A DNA stretch of 63,805 nt, the filler included, from Reticulomyxa filosa (Eukaryota; Protista; Foraminifera): assembly GCA_000512085.1 (NCBI GenBank). It is 19 parts of 19 records of this genome, joined end to end, with 100 filler letters (N's around TTAATTAATTAA, not from the genome) between each part and the next. Parts side by side here need not be neighbours in the genome. Positions count along the whole stretch, not along the records: positions 36,490 to 38,954 come from ASPP01022154.1; positions 39,055 to 42,369 come from ASPP01006463.1; positions 42,470 to 46,788 come from ASPP01006605.1; positions 46,889 to 47,939 come from ASPP01007284.1; positions 48,040 to 49,959 come from ASPP01002969.1; positions 50,060 to 51,082 come from ASPP01008945.1; 13 more parts are not named here. One strand, written 5' to 3'. The notes beneath the pieces were generated by a model. That model was not told the DNA's origin and did no database searches. It saw only the letters and a list, made by a program, of their open reading frames with translations. Shown here piece by piece: positions 37,401-51,182 of the stretch. The translations under genes and the position numbers were made by a program. Position 1 is the first letter of the stretch, and the number at the start of each line of letters is the position of its first letter.

Positions 37401-39054
37401 CAATATCAAAACTGAAAAATTTAGTGATTGAAGACAAGACATTTGCCTGAAACAAGAGCAAAAATTGTCAAAGAACTTGTGAAGTTCATCGTTGCAACTG
37501 GAAGAATTATTTGATACAAATTTTTTAACACAAATTTTGCGACAAATTTTTTTTCTTTATAGATTATTTCAGAAATGCCTAATATTTGTACTTTTTCTTT
37601 TTTTATTATTTACTAAAGATCGTTCTGATATTCCTGAAAATGATAAAGTGGATCTTGTTGCAATAATGCCCAGCAATTGCAGCCAGATTTGATTTAACAT
37701 AGATCAGCTGCATTCCTGAATAATCATAGATTGAATACATAATAATGGAACAGACAGTTTATATGATCTATCAAAATGTAATAAACAAATTTAATCATTC
37801 AATAAGCATTCAAATCATGCCGTGTTTAATTTTCATTACATCATTATCATGATAATCGTTGTAATGTTATATAAGATAATTCGCAAATATTTGCATAGTT
37901 TATTGGCTATACAATATAATAGTCTCAAACAAATGTTACAAAGTTTACATTTAAAATTTTTTTTTATGAAGATTTTGCAACCCAAAAAAATTAAACAAAT
38001 ATTTAAAAATAGTTTATATAAGTTATATTTAGTGAATTCAATAGTTGACGTTTCATTGTTGGCATTGAAGTTCAATGAACAAATAATGTGCTGAAATTTC
38101 CATAAAATTTTTGCGCTAATACTTTTCTGGACAATACATTCTTGTTCTTTAGTCCAATGAACTCAATCATTAATGTTTCTGATTTAAGTTATTTATACTT
38201 AATTGTAGTGACTACAATCGTTGATTTATTCATACATATGAATTATAGTCTAATTTTCGTATTTTTGCTTCTGCACGATTTCAAATATAGCTTCTTCAAT
38301 TTTTTTCATCGTTTTGTTGCGTATTTGAACTTTGTAATGCAACTTGAAATTTGGATATTGTTTTGTCTTTTTTGCGATATCATTTGTTAATCCACTGTCT
38401 AATTTCTTTCGTTTTATCTCAATTCGTCATGTATTCGTGTCTATGTTCATGTCATTACTTAATTGGCTCGATGTTATTTTTGACTGTCATTGTTAGTCAC
38501 AGCGATACAATATCGTGTACAAAATATTTACTTTCAACTTAGATCTCTTTCAAAATACAACTTTTTCAGTAAAGTTAGTATTAATAATAAATATTGTAAT
38601 ATGAATTTTTTTTCCACTTGTTATGTACAGTCTAGAATTTAACTTTAACTTAGAACACACCACCTAATTTTATACAAGTTCCATGCCAAGTTCTATGCGG
38701 CATTGAATCAATTTAAAAATATCTTGTTTGCAACAGACTATTGATAAATGCATTATACAGTAGATTGCAAAAAAAACTGCCATACCTAAATGGCACTATA
38801 TGAAGAGAATCGATTTTCTCCATGAAAAATAAAGATTTAAACCTAATTGTTTTTTAAAAAATATCTACTAATCTTGTAGTTTTAAAATATGAAATTGGTT
38901 TTATGATAAGTTTTTCCTATGTTGATAAAAAATATGTTTAAATGATTTTTAAAANNNNNNNNNNNNNNNNNNNNNNNNNNNNNNNNNNNNNNNNNNNNTT
39001 AATTAATTAANNNNNNNNNNNNNNNNNNNNNNNNNNNNNNNNNNNNNNNNNNNN

Positions 39055-41038
39055 GCAACAACAACAACAACAACAAATGGTGATGTCTCAACAAAAACAA
39101 CAGGAAATGATGCACGGCTCACCCTTTCTTGGAATGCAACCCAATATTCAAACCCCTATTCATCCATCCGAAACTTATGGAAACAACGAATATTATGGCC
39201 AACAGGGATATCAAATGCAAATAAGTCCCAATGCAGGAATGGCAGATATTGATGATGCCTTTGCAGGTGCGCCCATGCCTCACACTTCGGAAAGTGGAAT
39301 GGACTCCTATTATGGACACATTCCGCAGCAACAAGTCTCCACAAACCCATCGCGACAGACAATGCCGTATGGATTTTCGTCTTATGGATACACAAGTTCT
39401 CAATACGGTGCTTCCTCACGACATGCAATGCCCACGGATATGGCAATGCCGCCAAGTCCCCTTGTCGATACCGACGTGGACGCATTTGTCGTAGAAAAGG
39501 ATTCTAAGGGTCATCAAAGGAAAAATTCATCTTCATCGGGAAATGAAAATGCAGGAGATAGCATCATGGATTTAAATTTAGGTAGTTCTTTTTGTTTGAG
39601 TTTTGACTTTTGGGTTTGTTTGAGCACTTGTTCAATGTGATATCCTTATCACAGCCACATTTGGATATCGCACGGTCCAAACACAATCCGGCCCAAGTGG
39701 ATCTAGTATCGAGGGCTCCGGACTTGGCTTGAATGGTACCGACATTCATACGTCCACGCTGGATGGAGAAGAGGAACGAGACAATGAAGCTGACACTGAG
39801 GACAGCAGAGAAAAGGTCAAAGACAAACAAGACTATCTACAAGAAAAAGAAAAACAAGAAACGAGCAATGATACAAAATCCAGAAACAATCTGTACTCCA
39901 CTACTGTTAAGTCCAACTTGGACACAAATGGAGAAGAACAGAAGCTTTTATCCACAACAGATACTGGAAAAAGTTCTACCAAACATTCCACAGAAAAGAC
40001 ACCACCAATTTGGTTTCATCAAGGATTTGAACTTTACAAAACAAAATATAATCCAAGTTTGCATTATTTTTTTTAAAAAAAAGAAGAAAAAGAGCTAGAA
40101 CAAATAACACATGACGTCGATATTTTAATACGATAGATGCTGGTCGAGCGGATTTTTATTGGGCAAGATATTTGTACATTAAAGGACAACAATGGAACAA
40201 TCAATTGTATTATAAAAAAATGCAAAGTGGAGACGCTGCTGTTCGAAGTATGCCGCCTCCACCACGCATACAACTGCGACCAGAAGAACACACGTTTTTC
40301 GGTTGTATTGAATACTGTAGAAAACGTGCAAAAAATCGCCATCCCGAAAGAGATCAACAGATGATGTTTCAACAGCAACAACAACAACAACAACAACAAA
40401 TGGCAGGAACAATGACCCATTCGCAATCTTCACAAATGTATCCACTCTATCATTCTCGTAGTGGTACGTTGAATCCTGTGTCTACTGTCCACCAACAAAA
40501 CAATGGTGCTACTGGATCTCTACATCCAAGTAATATTCCCACCGGCGTGGGTCCAAATGAGAGATCACGAACATTCGGACAGACTACTCCTCTACAACAC
40601 TCACCTCCTTCTCATATCATGGATCCGAATACCGGAATGCCTCGATCAATGGTCATGCCTGTATCTCGAATGATGCATCAACCAATGCGACAACCTACAT
40701 CCGAGTTCGCACGATCTCCAGGTTTGTCACCAGTCGCGATCGGTCCATCCATTATGGGGACAAGTGGCAGTGCTGGTGCAGATCTTTATTATGGCCAACA
40801 AAGTAGCCAATATCAGAGAGCAGAGCTTATGAATCACCAACATATCGAAAATCATCCAAGAAGCATGTCTCCAATCATTGGTATGTTAAAAGGAATAAAA
40901 GAGGAAATATATGTGACAATTTTGTGTTTGTTAACAGATCCAAGCGGAAATCGTACACAGTTTCCAAATACAACAGCCCAACAACAAATGTACTCTCACT
41001 TGCAAAGACAAGGCAACCAAAATTATCATCTTTCCTAA
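39055..41038 (+). CDS. Gln/Ser/Pro/Met-rich low-complexity protein, 3' part (4 exons)
   Basis: Exons ~39055-39581, 39654-40055, 40138-40880 and 40938-41038 joined by GT-AG introns. PolyQ tracts; small ordered core IWFHQGFELYK..DFYWARYLYIKG..FFGCIEYCRKR. Confidence 0.65.
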
Positions 41039-42530
41039 ATATTTTACATATTTGATTAACTGTTTTTTTTTGTTTTGAGTTAATGTCATACATGTGTAGC
41101 GGTGTCATTTGATTTCTCGACTTTTCTTCTCTTGTTTTTTTACAAATAGAATCCAAATGCACTGTTTCAGTTTTTTTTTTGTGTGGTCATTTAATGATGG
41201 GATTGGCAATTGAAAATTTTCCTTTGAGGAGAATAGATATCTGATAATGAACCTGTTTTTCTGCGTTAATTTTATTTGGATGTGTGGAGTGCTGTACTGT
41301 GAAAAAAAAAATTTTCTTTCATTTTTCATCAAATTGTTCATTTCAAAAGGGTTGGCTGTGTTCGTTGGCTCTTAATCGCTCACATTGGATTTTTGAACGA
41401 TTTAAACTTGTTAAACAACTGACAAATTGTGCCATGAAACACTAAATAGCATAGTGTAATATCATATTTAAAGATATTAGTTACTGAAGAAAATGCATAT
41501 CTGTTAACTTATCTATTACAAATAAGCTGATGCTGATATACTTACATTTTTTTTGCTTATTATTTCTTTCAATAAAACAGTACGATATTTGCAATGAATA
41601 GTTTTGATCATCTTTTACAAATCTGAAGAAAATCGTATTCACACAAAGATATTATACTACTTTAAGTATTTTTTGAAAATAAATTTTTTGCGCAACGCAA
41701 ACCCGCAAATGAAAAAAGAAGTGTACATTTTGGTTTCTGTTCAATGTCAGTCGTCGGCATAAATGAATCATTTTGATCCTTTTTTCTTTTGAAGAAATAA
41801 TGGAAAAAAAAGACAGTAAGGTCAGCATGAAGTAATCAATGTTATATGTTTTTTTAAAAAAATAACTCACATTATAAAGATAATCATACTTAGCATGTAT
41901 CATTTGCATTTGGTTGTTGATTTTCATCGTGCATTGATTATAGATTCAATTCTCATTAGCATTGACTTAACTAGAGCTTAACATAGTTTAGTGTCAGTTT
42001 TTTCACATATTTTTTCAAATTTTTACCAAAGTTATTGTTTGTTGTTATTTTTTTTCGCCTTTATATAATTTTACTTTAATTATACACAAAAGGCTATCAA
42101 TTGGATTTAGGTCTGGTGAATTACGATGAAAATTTATTAGTTCTATTATTTTCTTTAAACCAATCAATTATTAAAAAAATTTAATATTTACACACTTCAT
42201 CATTAATATTGACTTTTCTTAAAAAGTAGTATTTTGAAAGAGATTGCAGTTGGAAGTGTCAAGATACTTCGATATTATTAAGTTTTTGAAGGAAATTTCA
42301 AACGTCGTCTAGGCCAAGAAAATTCCGGGCCAAGAAAGAAAGAAAATTCTAACTAGAAAATTTTTAACTNNNNNNNNNNNNNNNNNNNNNNNNNNNNNNN
42401 NNNNNNNNNNNNNTTAATTAATTAANNNNNNNNNNNNNNNNNNNNNNNNNNNNNNNNNNNNNNNNNNNNTTTTTTTTTTTTTTTGATGGAACGTATGCGT
42501 ATGTGTCTATGTATAATGATATATAACAAG

Positions 42531-43204
42531 GGCGAGGAGCTAGTTTGCGCTGGTTATTCGGTGTATGGTGATGCCACAATTTTGGTGCTGACATTTGGTG
42601 ATGATGTCAATGGGTTCACACTTGACCCGCAGATTGGCGAATTTGTATTGACACATCGCAACATGCAAATTCCGGAAAAAGGAGGTATCTACAGCATCAA
42701 TGAAGGCAATGCCAGAGATTTTGACAAAGCGGTAGAAACGTTCATCTATCACTGCAAAAACCCATTAGTTTAATTGTTTTAAAAAATGTGTAAATAGGGT
42801 GGATATTTTCACATTTTGATATTTTGTGCTTTGCTTTTTTGGTATACGTTACAAATTAATTAACAAATGAGCAAACTATATACTACGTACAACAGAAAGG
42901 CCCTCCGAAAAAATCTCGATATGTGGGCTCAATGGTGGCCGATGTGCATCGGACTCTATTGTATGGAGGAATATTTATGTATCCTGCCAACAAAGACTCT
43001 CCAACTGGCAAACTTCGATTATTGTATGAGTTAAATCCGTTGGCTTTTGTCATCGAAGCTGCCGGAGGGAAAGCGTCAACTGGACGAGAACGAATTCTAC
43101 AACTGGAACCAAAATCTTTGCATGAGAAAAGACCTTGCTTTTTAGGAAGTAAAACCGATGTTGAGGAAATTGAACAATTATATAAGGAATGCGATAAGAC
43201 ATAA
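42531..43204 (+). CDS. FBP: Fructose-1,6-bisphosphatase class I, 3' part (exons 42531-42767, 42896-43204)
   Basis: [55 protein letters not shown] and [21 protein letters not shown]. Confidence 0.97.
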
Positions 43205-44530
43205 GACAAGACCCTCCACATATAAACACAATTGCCTTGTTCTTCGCAAATGTTATTTGTTATTTTGTATACTCTTTTTTCTAAAATGTTGAATAAATAC
43301 ATGTAGTCGTATGTATTTTTTTATTCTGTATTTTAGGTTTAATTGTAGTTAGTTTGAATCTATTATTGTGTCAAATAACTTTATTCATTTGATCACAGAA
43401 TGAAAGAACTAACTCTTGGAGTCTTGAATACTTCACATTGTAACAAGATTTCACTTGTTAATTTGAATAATTTGCTCAATGTCGATATCATGGAATTTGT
43501 TGCAAAAAACAAATTTCATAACAGGCACAAAAAGTTGTAAGTTTAAATGAAAAGGTTTTGAAACTAGTAACAAACAGCCCGTTCACACAAAAGAACTCTT
43601 TATGACTAAGTTGTTGTACATTCTCAAATTCAACAGACGGTCCAAGAGTAAATAAGAGTCTTGTTCTTTTCGTGAATGTTCAAATCAGTCAAGAAACTGA
43701 AAACATTTTAAATTTAAGATTCGTCATTACGCGAACTTGCGGGCGACAAAAAAAACAGAATTTTTGTGATAACTAATTTAAAGATTTAATGAAACACATT
43801 TCAGTACATACGTCTAATGTAATATACTGTTTATACCAAGAAAAATTGAAGTTGAAATGTTTATCAACTTTAACTTGTCTGTTTTTTTGTCTAAAGAGGA
43901 CTAGTGTAGCGTAAATCACAATGTGAACTAAAATCGCTGTATGTTGTATAATGCGACTAACCCTTTAATAATAAATACTTTTTATTGTTTATTTTTTTAA
44001 AGATGCAAAATGAGATAATGTTGCCACAAAAAGCTTAAAAATTATATTATTGTTGTATATGAAATAAGGATTCAGCGATCATCAACGCACAAACACATCA
44101 AGAAAGGCTACATGAGGACAACAACTAAAGAAAATGCACATCGAAAAAAATGTTTCTCTCCAAGTTGGACTTACTTTTAGTTAGCTGCTATAATGGAAGG
44201 TGGCTAATAATTTTTTATTTATATTTAGATAATTACTATTGAAGAATAGTTAAAATGAACTATCTTTCGTGTGAATTTTGACAAAAAAAAAAATGACTTA
44301 AATGAAAAATAAAACAAAGTAAGTTTTCGTAAAAAAGCCAGCCCTAATTTCATACAGAACTTCACCAATTCTTATTAGTACCTTACACTACAATAGCGAC
44401 TAAAGAATACTGAACTGTGCAAACTTGTTTTAGAAAATAAGATATAATCACGTGAAACGTGCTCTGTAAAAGTTCATGTTGGAAGGCCCCTTTTGGAAGG
44501 TTCATATTCACAAAACTTTGGAAACTGGAA

Positions 44531-46742
44531 ATGGAAACTAAAACTCCCCGGTCAGAATTAGAAGCACGATGTCGTAAATTGTTAAAAGAACATTTTGGTT
44601 TTGAGGAATTTCGTTCAAATCAATTGGATTGTATTTTGAATGTTCTGGAAGGGAACGATGTATTTGTGCTGTTACCAACGGGAAGTGGTAAATCTTTGTG
44701 CTACCAAATTCCACCGTTGGTAACGGGAAAGCCAGCTATTGTAATATCTCCATTAATTGCATTAATGAAGGATCAATGTTTAAGCATGGAAGCGAAGCAA
44801 ATTAAAGCAGTGGCATTGAATTCCTTAAACGAAAGTAGCAGCAAAGATACAGAAGATGCTCTGCAAGGGAAATACTCACTTATTTACATGTAAGTGTTCC
44901 GGGAAAGTTCCGGAAACATCCCTCTCTCTAAATAACAACAGCAATAGAAAACTTACTTGTGGAATCCAAATAAATAATAAAATGATACATTAAATCAATG
45001 AGTTGTTTTCACTTTTGAAATAATTGAAAAATTAACGCAATTTGGCATATTGTGATAACTAACGTGAAGGGGAGAGCATACATATGTATACGTGTGTATG
45101 TACGAAAAAATATTATAGGAGCCCCGAGTGGTTGGAAACCTCAATAAACGATTTGAAAATCCTGAATGATCGGTGTGGAATTACATGCATAGCTGTGGAT
45201 GAGTCGCATTGTATCGCAGGTTTGCTAAGCTTTACTTCTTCTTTTTTTTTTTGTTTTATTTTATTTTACTCATCGCATTGCGAATACGCGTAAAAGGGAT
45301 AAGCTAAAAGGAAAAAGAAAAAAAATAAAAAAAATAAAGAATGGGGACATGACTTCAGGCCTGCATACCGAAACTTGTGTGTATTGAGAGACCACTTTCC
45401 AAAAATTCCAGTAATTGCACTGACAGCGACGGCGACCTTGCAAGTGCGAAAAGAAATAGTAGAAAATTTGAAATTGAATAAAAATAACCTGTTCCAAGTG
45501 GTTGGATCATTCAATCGTCCGAATTTGACGTATAAATTTCGGCAAAAGAAATCTACTACGACAGATCTATTTTGCGACACTGGACTTCGAAAATGTTTGA
45601 CGGAAGGGTCGACTATCATCTGTTTAGGAATTTAAAAAAAAAAAAAAAAAAGGAAAAAGCTCGAAGGTTGTTTGTGTATGTGTGTGTGTGTCTTTTCAAT
45701 ATATCACAATTGTTTAAACAACAACAAAAAAAAAAAAGTTCATATTACTCGACAAACCCCCTTTTTTTTTTTTTTTGCACTTTTGGTGTTTGTGAAAAGA
45801 CTGCCTGCGAGTTCAGGAATGCACTCTAATGGCAGGACTGGCCAAGAACAATGGAATAATGTGTGAAGCATACCACGCGCAACTGAACCAGACACAAAGA
45901 ACGCGAGTGCATGAGGCCTTTCAAAGTAATGCGTTGAAGTGTGTTGCCGCCACAATTGCATTTGGAATGGGAATTGATAAGCCCGATATTCGTACTGTTA
46001 TTCACTACGGCTTGCCAAAGAGCATTGAAGACTATTACCAACAAACAGGGAGAGCTGGAAGAGACGGGCTGCCTTCTCAATGTGTGTTACAATATATTAC
46101 ATATTGTAACTTGTATCAGTTGCATTCTTTTCCATTTATTTACATATACACACTATCATTTTTGTATGTTACACACACACACATGGGAAAGGCATATTGT
46201 TTTGGAGTGACGCGGACGTTCGAATGGAACAGTTTATAATATCTCAACAGAAAACTGCGTCGTCGAAAAACAAAACGAGTCAATTGTACATTGCGGTGAG
46301 GGGGCTCTTGCATACCACAGATTGTCGTCGTCGTTTCATTTTAAACTACTTTGGAGAGACATTCTCCGAGTCCAATTGTGACAAATGTGACAATTGCATG
46401 CGTGAGAAACTTTTTGGACCAACAAGGAAGCAGCGCATCTGAATTTGTGCAAGACGTTACGTATGTTGACAATTTTTATTTTGTTTACGTTAGATACTAC
46501 ATATACAATATATACATATTGTTTATACATTTTTTTTTTCCCAATCTTTGCACATGTTCCAATACTTGTCTTTTTTCAAAAAAGGAAAATTTAAAAAAAA
46601 AAAAAAAACACACACACACAGGTGACTACACAGACGAGGCACGACGCATTGCCTTTGCGGTGCACGAAACAGGTGAGAGGTTTGGCCAAACGGTTATAAT
46701 GCTTGTGTTGCGAGGATCCAAGTCGCAGAAACTGGAAGACAG
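44531..46742 (+). CDS. RecQ-family (WRN-like) DNA helicase, 5' part, 6 exons
   Basis: [63 protein letters not shown], the RQC Zn motif [19 protein letters not shown], and GERFG. One missing T at 46411-46415. Confidence 0.95.
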
Positions 46743-47046
46743 GTGAGTTTTATTCCAACTTTGTAAAAATGAGTGTAATGTGTGTGTGNNNNNNNNNNNN
46801 NNNNNNNNNNNNNNNNNNNNNNNNNNNNNNNNTTAATTAATTAANNNNNNNNNNNNNNNNNNNNNNNNNNNNNNNNNNNNNNNNNNNNATATATATATAT
46901 ATATATGTATATGTATATGTATATGTAATATGCAACATATGGCAATATATGAATATATTGCCATATATGAATGTATTGCCATATATGAATGATTTTTTTT
47001 TTTACAATACATACACACAATAAACAGTGGAAACTGATCAAACGAA

Positions 47047-47855
47047 CCAAAAGTGATGGCAGTCGGCACAGCCGTGGCGTACTGATCCAACTGGTCGGAT
47101 TGCAATAAACACAGTGACGGGAACACGTACCCCCAGCCCGCAATGGTAAAGACTTCAAACAACAGATGGGCGACTCGGATGTGATCTGCCTTGCTCTGCT
47201 GGGCTTCGATGGCACATAGCAACTGAAACAGAAACAAGAACACGGTGACGAAGGACGTCAGAAGCAGCCATCGCACCGACTCAATGTCGTGATGCGACCT
47301 TTGCACGTGCGACAGAAATGCGCTCAGCAGGCCAAAGGCCAGCAGACAGCCAAGCACTGCCACGAGGACGACGTGTACAGCGACGAAGATGGCACGTACA
47401 TGACTATGTCGAGGAGCGCCGTCGTTGCCCACCAATGACACTGGCAGTATGACCACGAAAAAGTAAAACCACATCACGCAGCTGAACAGGCCAATGCGAT
47501 AGGGATACAAGATTGGTTCTTTGCATGTTAATGCGCGGAGAGTATTCACATGCCAAAATTTATCGTGCGAATAAAGTACACACAAAAACAAGAGCATTAC
47601 GTCCAACATTGACGGCACTAGCAACGCGCTGATGATTGGCCCAGGTCCTACGTGCGGATTGCTTAAATATGTGTTTTGCGAGGCCATTACAAAACATACC
47701 ACGCTTTCGTAAATACATTGAACCCACAAGATCGAAGGTACGCTCAAGAATCGCTCATAGCTTATGTAAAAGCCCATTCGATACAACCGATATATTATTA
47801 TCGTTGTCGTTACTACCAATAATCCATACATTATTCCAAATGTTATATTTAAACC
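47047..47855 (-). CDS. Multi-pass (about 6-7 TM) membrane protein, internal exon
   Basis: 270-codon hydrophobic exon bounded by A-run and AT microsatellite introns. Confidence 0.6.
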
Positions 47856-48039
47856 CTTTTTTTTTTTTTTTTGCGTGTTTTTGTTTTTCTTTTTGCTTCC
47901 ACACACACACACACACACACACACAACACTGAAAAGAAANNNNNNNNNNNNNNNNNNNNNNNNNNNNNNNNNNNNNNNNNNNNTTAATTAATTAANNNNN
48001 NNNNNNNNNNNNNNNNNNNNNNNNNNNNNNNNNNNNNNN

Positions 48040-48184
48040 TTGTATTCGTTTTTGAGTGATGATAAGAAATAACAAGCTCTTTGAAATTTACCTCCACAAA
48101 TGAGGAGTTCGTGTTTGTGTAGCACACATTGAGATTGAGTCGAATGGGCAACTCCTTTATAGTTTGAAAGGTTTGAGCGCTCAT
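48040..48184 (-). pseudogene. 5' end of Kelch-type family gene, frameshifted, truncated by contig end
   Basis: MSAQTFQTIKELPIRL / SQCVLHKHELLICGGKFQRACY; homologous to 20640-20915. Confidence 0.65.
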
Positions 48185-49158
48185 ATTGTTAATGTTGATG
48201 AGATATGAAGTTGTTAGATTTTTTTAAAAGAGTGAAGGATAGAACAAACCGACGTTATCCCTGAAAATAAATCGTTTTGTAATTTATAAAATATTGAATG
48301 GAGATGTTTGTATTCTCTTTGAAATATTGAGATAGTTGCATTAAAAGTATTAGATAGGAATATTAGAAAATATTTTAGCAAGACTCGATCTCTTGATGTA
48401 TCGTCTAAAAAGATATTCTTAATGAATGATATTAGCAAATGAAGAAATCAAAATTAAACTGAGCAAGAAATATCCGGAAAAATAACCTCTCCAAAAAAAA
48501 AAGTGACGTCTTAAAAAATGGGATAGATTAGATGGAATTTTCTTTCACCTTTTTTTTTAAGATCACAGTAAATTCAAATAATTTTTTATTTTGTTGTAAT
48601 CTTCTGCGTTATTGTTATTGTATCTACGCTTTTTAATGTAACGGTCATTTTTTGAAAACATCTGTTTTACATTGACGATTGGAGAAAAACATATGGATTT
48701 ATTGCTTTAAAAAGTTTGCTGTGATTGTTCAGTAATATTAACATAATTTTGAATTTAAAACAGATGAAAATAATTACTAAAAATGCAATTCTCCTCACAG
48801 GGGGATTTCTTTTTTAAACAAATAATTAAGTATTACGACTTAAATGTGAGGGAGTAAAAATTTGTCTTATAGTTTTTTTTTGAATGGGAACAGCGCCATA
48901 ATTTACAGATGGAGAAATTTTTTAATGTATATTTGCCCTTTAGGAAAATAATTTCGACACTTGCTTGCCATTCAGTAACAGTTTCAGATATTTTCAACAT
49001 AAAATTAAAATTAGTTGAAAATGAAAAGTTTGTTATAGAATTCATATGAATGATAGTATTAGAAAAAATTTTTAAAGACTTCAGTAGCAATTTTTTAGAG
49101 TGTAAACCACATGAATTAACTACACAGAAATATGATATTCAAATGGTTATATCTAATT

Positions 49159-49959
49159 TTAAATGCGTAGTCTCATTCGCGTATATGTTTGATAATTTGA
49201 TCTCAATTTTATGCGGTTTGATTTTCCATGAAAAGTATGAGTTTGATAGGATTTTTCAATATATTTTTCTCGCTTTTGTTTTTCGTGAAATTTCTTTGTT
49301 TTTAATATTTCAAAGGAGTATTCTGGAATGTCTTGTATGCGATTAAAACGTTTGGGAGAAAAGGACCAATCTAAAAAGAATAATTGTTTGAAAGGATTAT
49401 TATCACCCATTAGATTGTTATGATCAAGAATCTCCATTTTTTTTTTTACAAATCCATAATAATCAAGAATTAAATCCAAACAAATAGCAGATGTTGAAAT
49501 ACAACATTTGCTGTTGTTGTCAATAAATGCAGTACATGTACATAGCCAATATTCGACTACTTTCGATAACACCTCCTTTAGATAAAATACCGGTAATACA
49601 TATGCAGGCATGTTCAAATGTTCCAATTTTTTCAAAACGGGCTTTGGATCTTTCACAATAAGTTGCAATAAATGATATTGCATTGGTAATTTCTCGTGAT
49701 GATGAAATACAACTCTGCAGTCCATGATGTTTTCTCTTGAACATGCACTGGAGTCACTTACTTTTGTTAATTGCTCTATCAGAGCCTCCCCCAAACAATA
49801 AGCATAGCAATTATCTTTGCAAGGATATTTGACTCTGATGAAGATAGGCATACTTATTGGACCACCCCACAATTTTACATTGAAACTTTTAAATAGTCCA
49901 TTTTCGCTGTTTGTCACAACATCAAATGCCGTTGTCATGTCATCGAACAACGCTATTCT
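49159..49959 (-). CDS. Hypothetical protein, 3' part
   Basis: 263-aa ORF in AT-rich DNA, open to the contig end. Confidence 0.55.
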   Translation of the reverse strand, partial: RIALFDDMTTAFDVVTNSENGLFKSFNVKLWGGPISMPIFIRVKYPCKDNCYAYCLGEALIEQLTKVSDSSACSRENIMDCRVVFHHHEKLPMQYHLLQLIVKDPKPVLKKLEHLNMPAYVLPVFYLKEVLSKVVEYWLCTCTAFIDNNSKCCISTSAICLDLILDYYGFVKKKMEILDHNNLMGDNNPFKQLFFLDWSFSPKRFNRIQDIPEYSFEILKTKKFHEKQKREKYIEKSYQTHTFHGKSNRIKLRSNYQTYTRMRLRI

Positions 49960-50059
49960 NNNNNNNNNNNNNNNNNNNNNNNNNNNNNNNNNNNNNNNNN
50001 NNNTTAATTAATTAANNNNNNNNNNNNNNNNNNNNNNNNNNNNNNNNNNNNNNNNNNNN

Positions 50060-50100
50060 ACAAATACAAATACAAATACAAATACAAATACAAATACAAA
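50060..50100 (+). repeat. (TACAAA)n microsatellite
   Basis: About seven perfect units at the contig start. Confidence 0.9.
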
Positions 50101-50115
50101 ATACACAATGAAAAG

Positions 50116-50980
50116 GATTACACATTGGACGATCTAAGCTCATTTTTGTCTCAAGTGTCGCGTGTGGATCGTCCTAGCAATGCCAAGTATTACTCGTGGA
50201 TTTTCGATACGCATCGGCCCTATTACTTGGCTGCAACATCGATTGGCGAGGTGTTGGCGAACAAATCGGCAGTGGAGGGGTGTCTGCAATCCGTGTTGGA
50301 CGCCTCTTCGGTGCTGTTTCTGGACTTGCCCGCTGAAAACCATAGCAACCCGGTGATTTCGCTAATGTCGAAGGAGGTCATCTACGTCCACGGCATTAGC
50401 AAATTGCAAGTCAACGGAAGCAGTGACAGCGTCGCCGTGCCCATCGACTACCCCGCGGTCGTGGCCGGTCGAGTGCAATACATGGACGGGGGGAATGGCA
50501 CCATCAATTGGGTGGTCGTGACTGCCGTCAGCGTGACCGACTTGACCAAGTCAGTCAGCGACGATCAAATGATTACGTTTCTTATCGCAGTCGTCATCAT
50601 CGCTACTTTTTTGTATTTCTTGCAAATGCTGAGTCAGTCCATTACAGTGCCGGAAAGAACGGAGCAAAAGGCCGAACGAAGTGCCAATGACATACGTGAT
50701 GATATTGCACCTGTCATTCGAGCCGCGGCCACTAGCGTGTGGGATACGTATCTGCAACAATTTGAAGGCGCTGTGACGATGACCAAAGTCAAAGAGTTTT
50801 TATCGCGACGTGCAGTCAATCATATCTTGGCAAAAGAGGCCGATGACAAAATGTTGTTATTTGACGAGTGTCAAATGGAGTCGGATAAAAACTGGAAGCA
50901 ATTGGAAATTACGCGATGGTTTCAAATGCGTATTTATCACTTTTGGATACAAACTATTATTTTGGCCTATTTTCTTTTAG
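50116..50980 (+). CDS. Membrane protein exon: dCache-like extracellular subdomain + TM + cytosolic linker + next TM
   Basis: DYTLDDLSSFL...SWIFD...LAATS...NPVISL...INWVVVTAVSVTDL followed by a TM helix is the dCache membrane-proximal pattern. A second hydrophobic helix lies at the exon end. Confidence 0.6.
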
Positions 50981-51029
50981 GTTTTTTTTAACCAAAGAGA
51001 GAGAATATTATATATATATTATATATATG

Positions 51030-51065
<36 letters not shown>

Positions 51066-51182
51066 CTCTCTGTGTTCATATANNNNNNNNNNNNNNNNNN
51101 NNNNNNNNNNNNNNNNNNNNNNNNNNTTAATTAATTAANNNNNNNNNNNNNNNNNNNNNNNNNNNNNNNNNNNNNNNNNNNN

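Noticed and set aside
37500-38550. Short AT-rich ORFs as genes
   Set aside because: Stop-riddled and without recognisable motifs; at most unidentifiable pseudogene debris.
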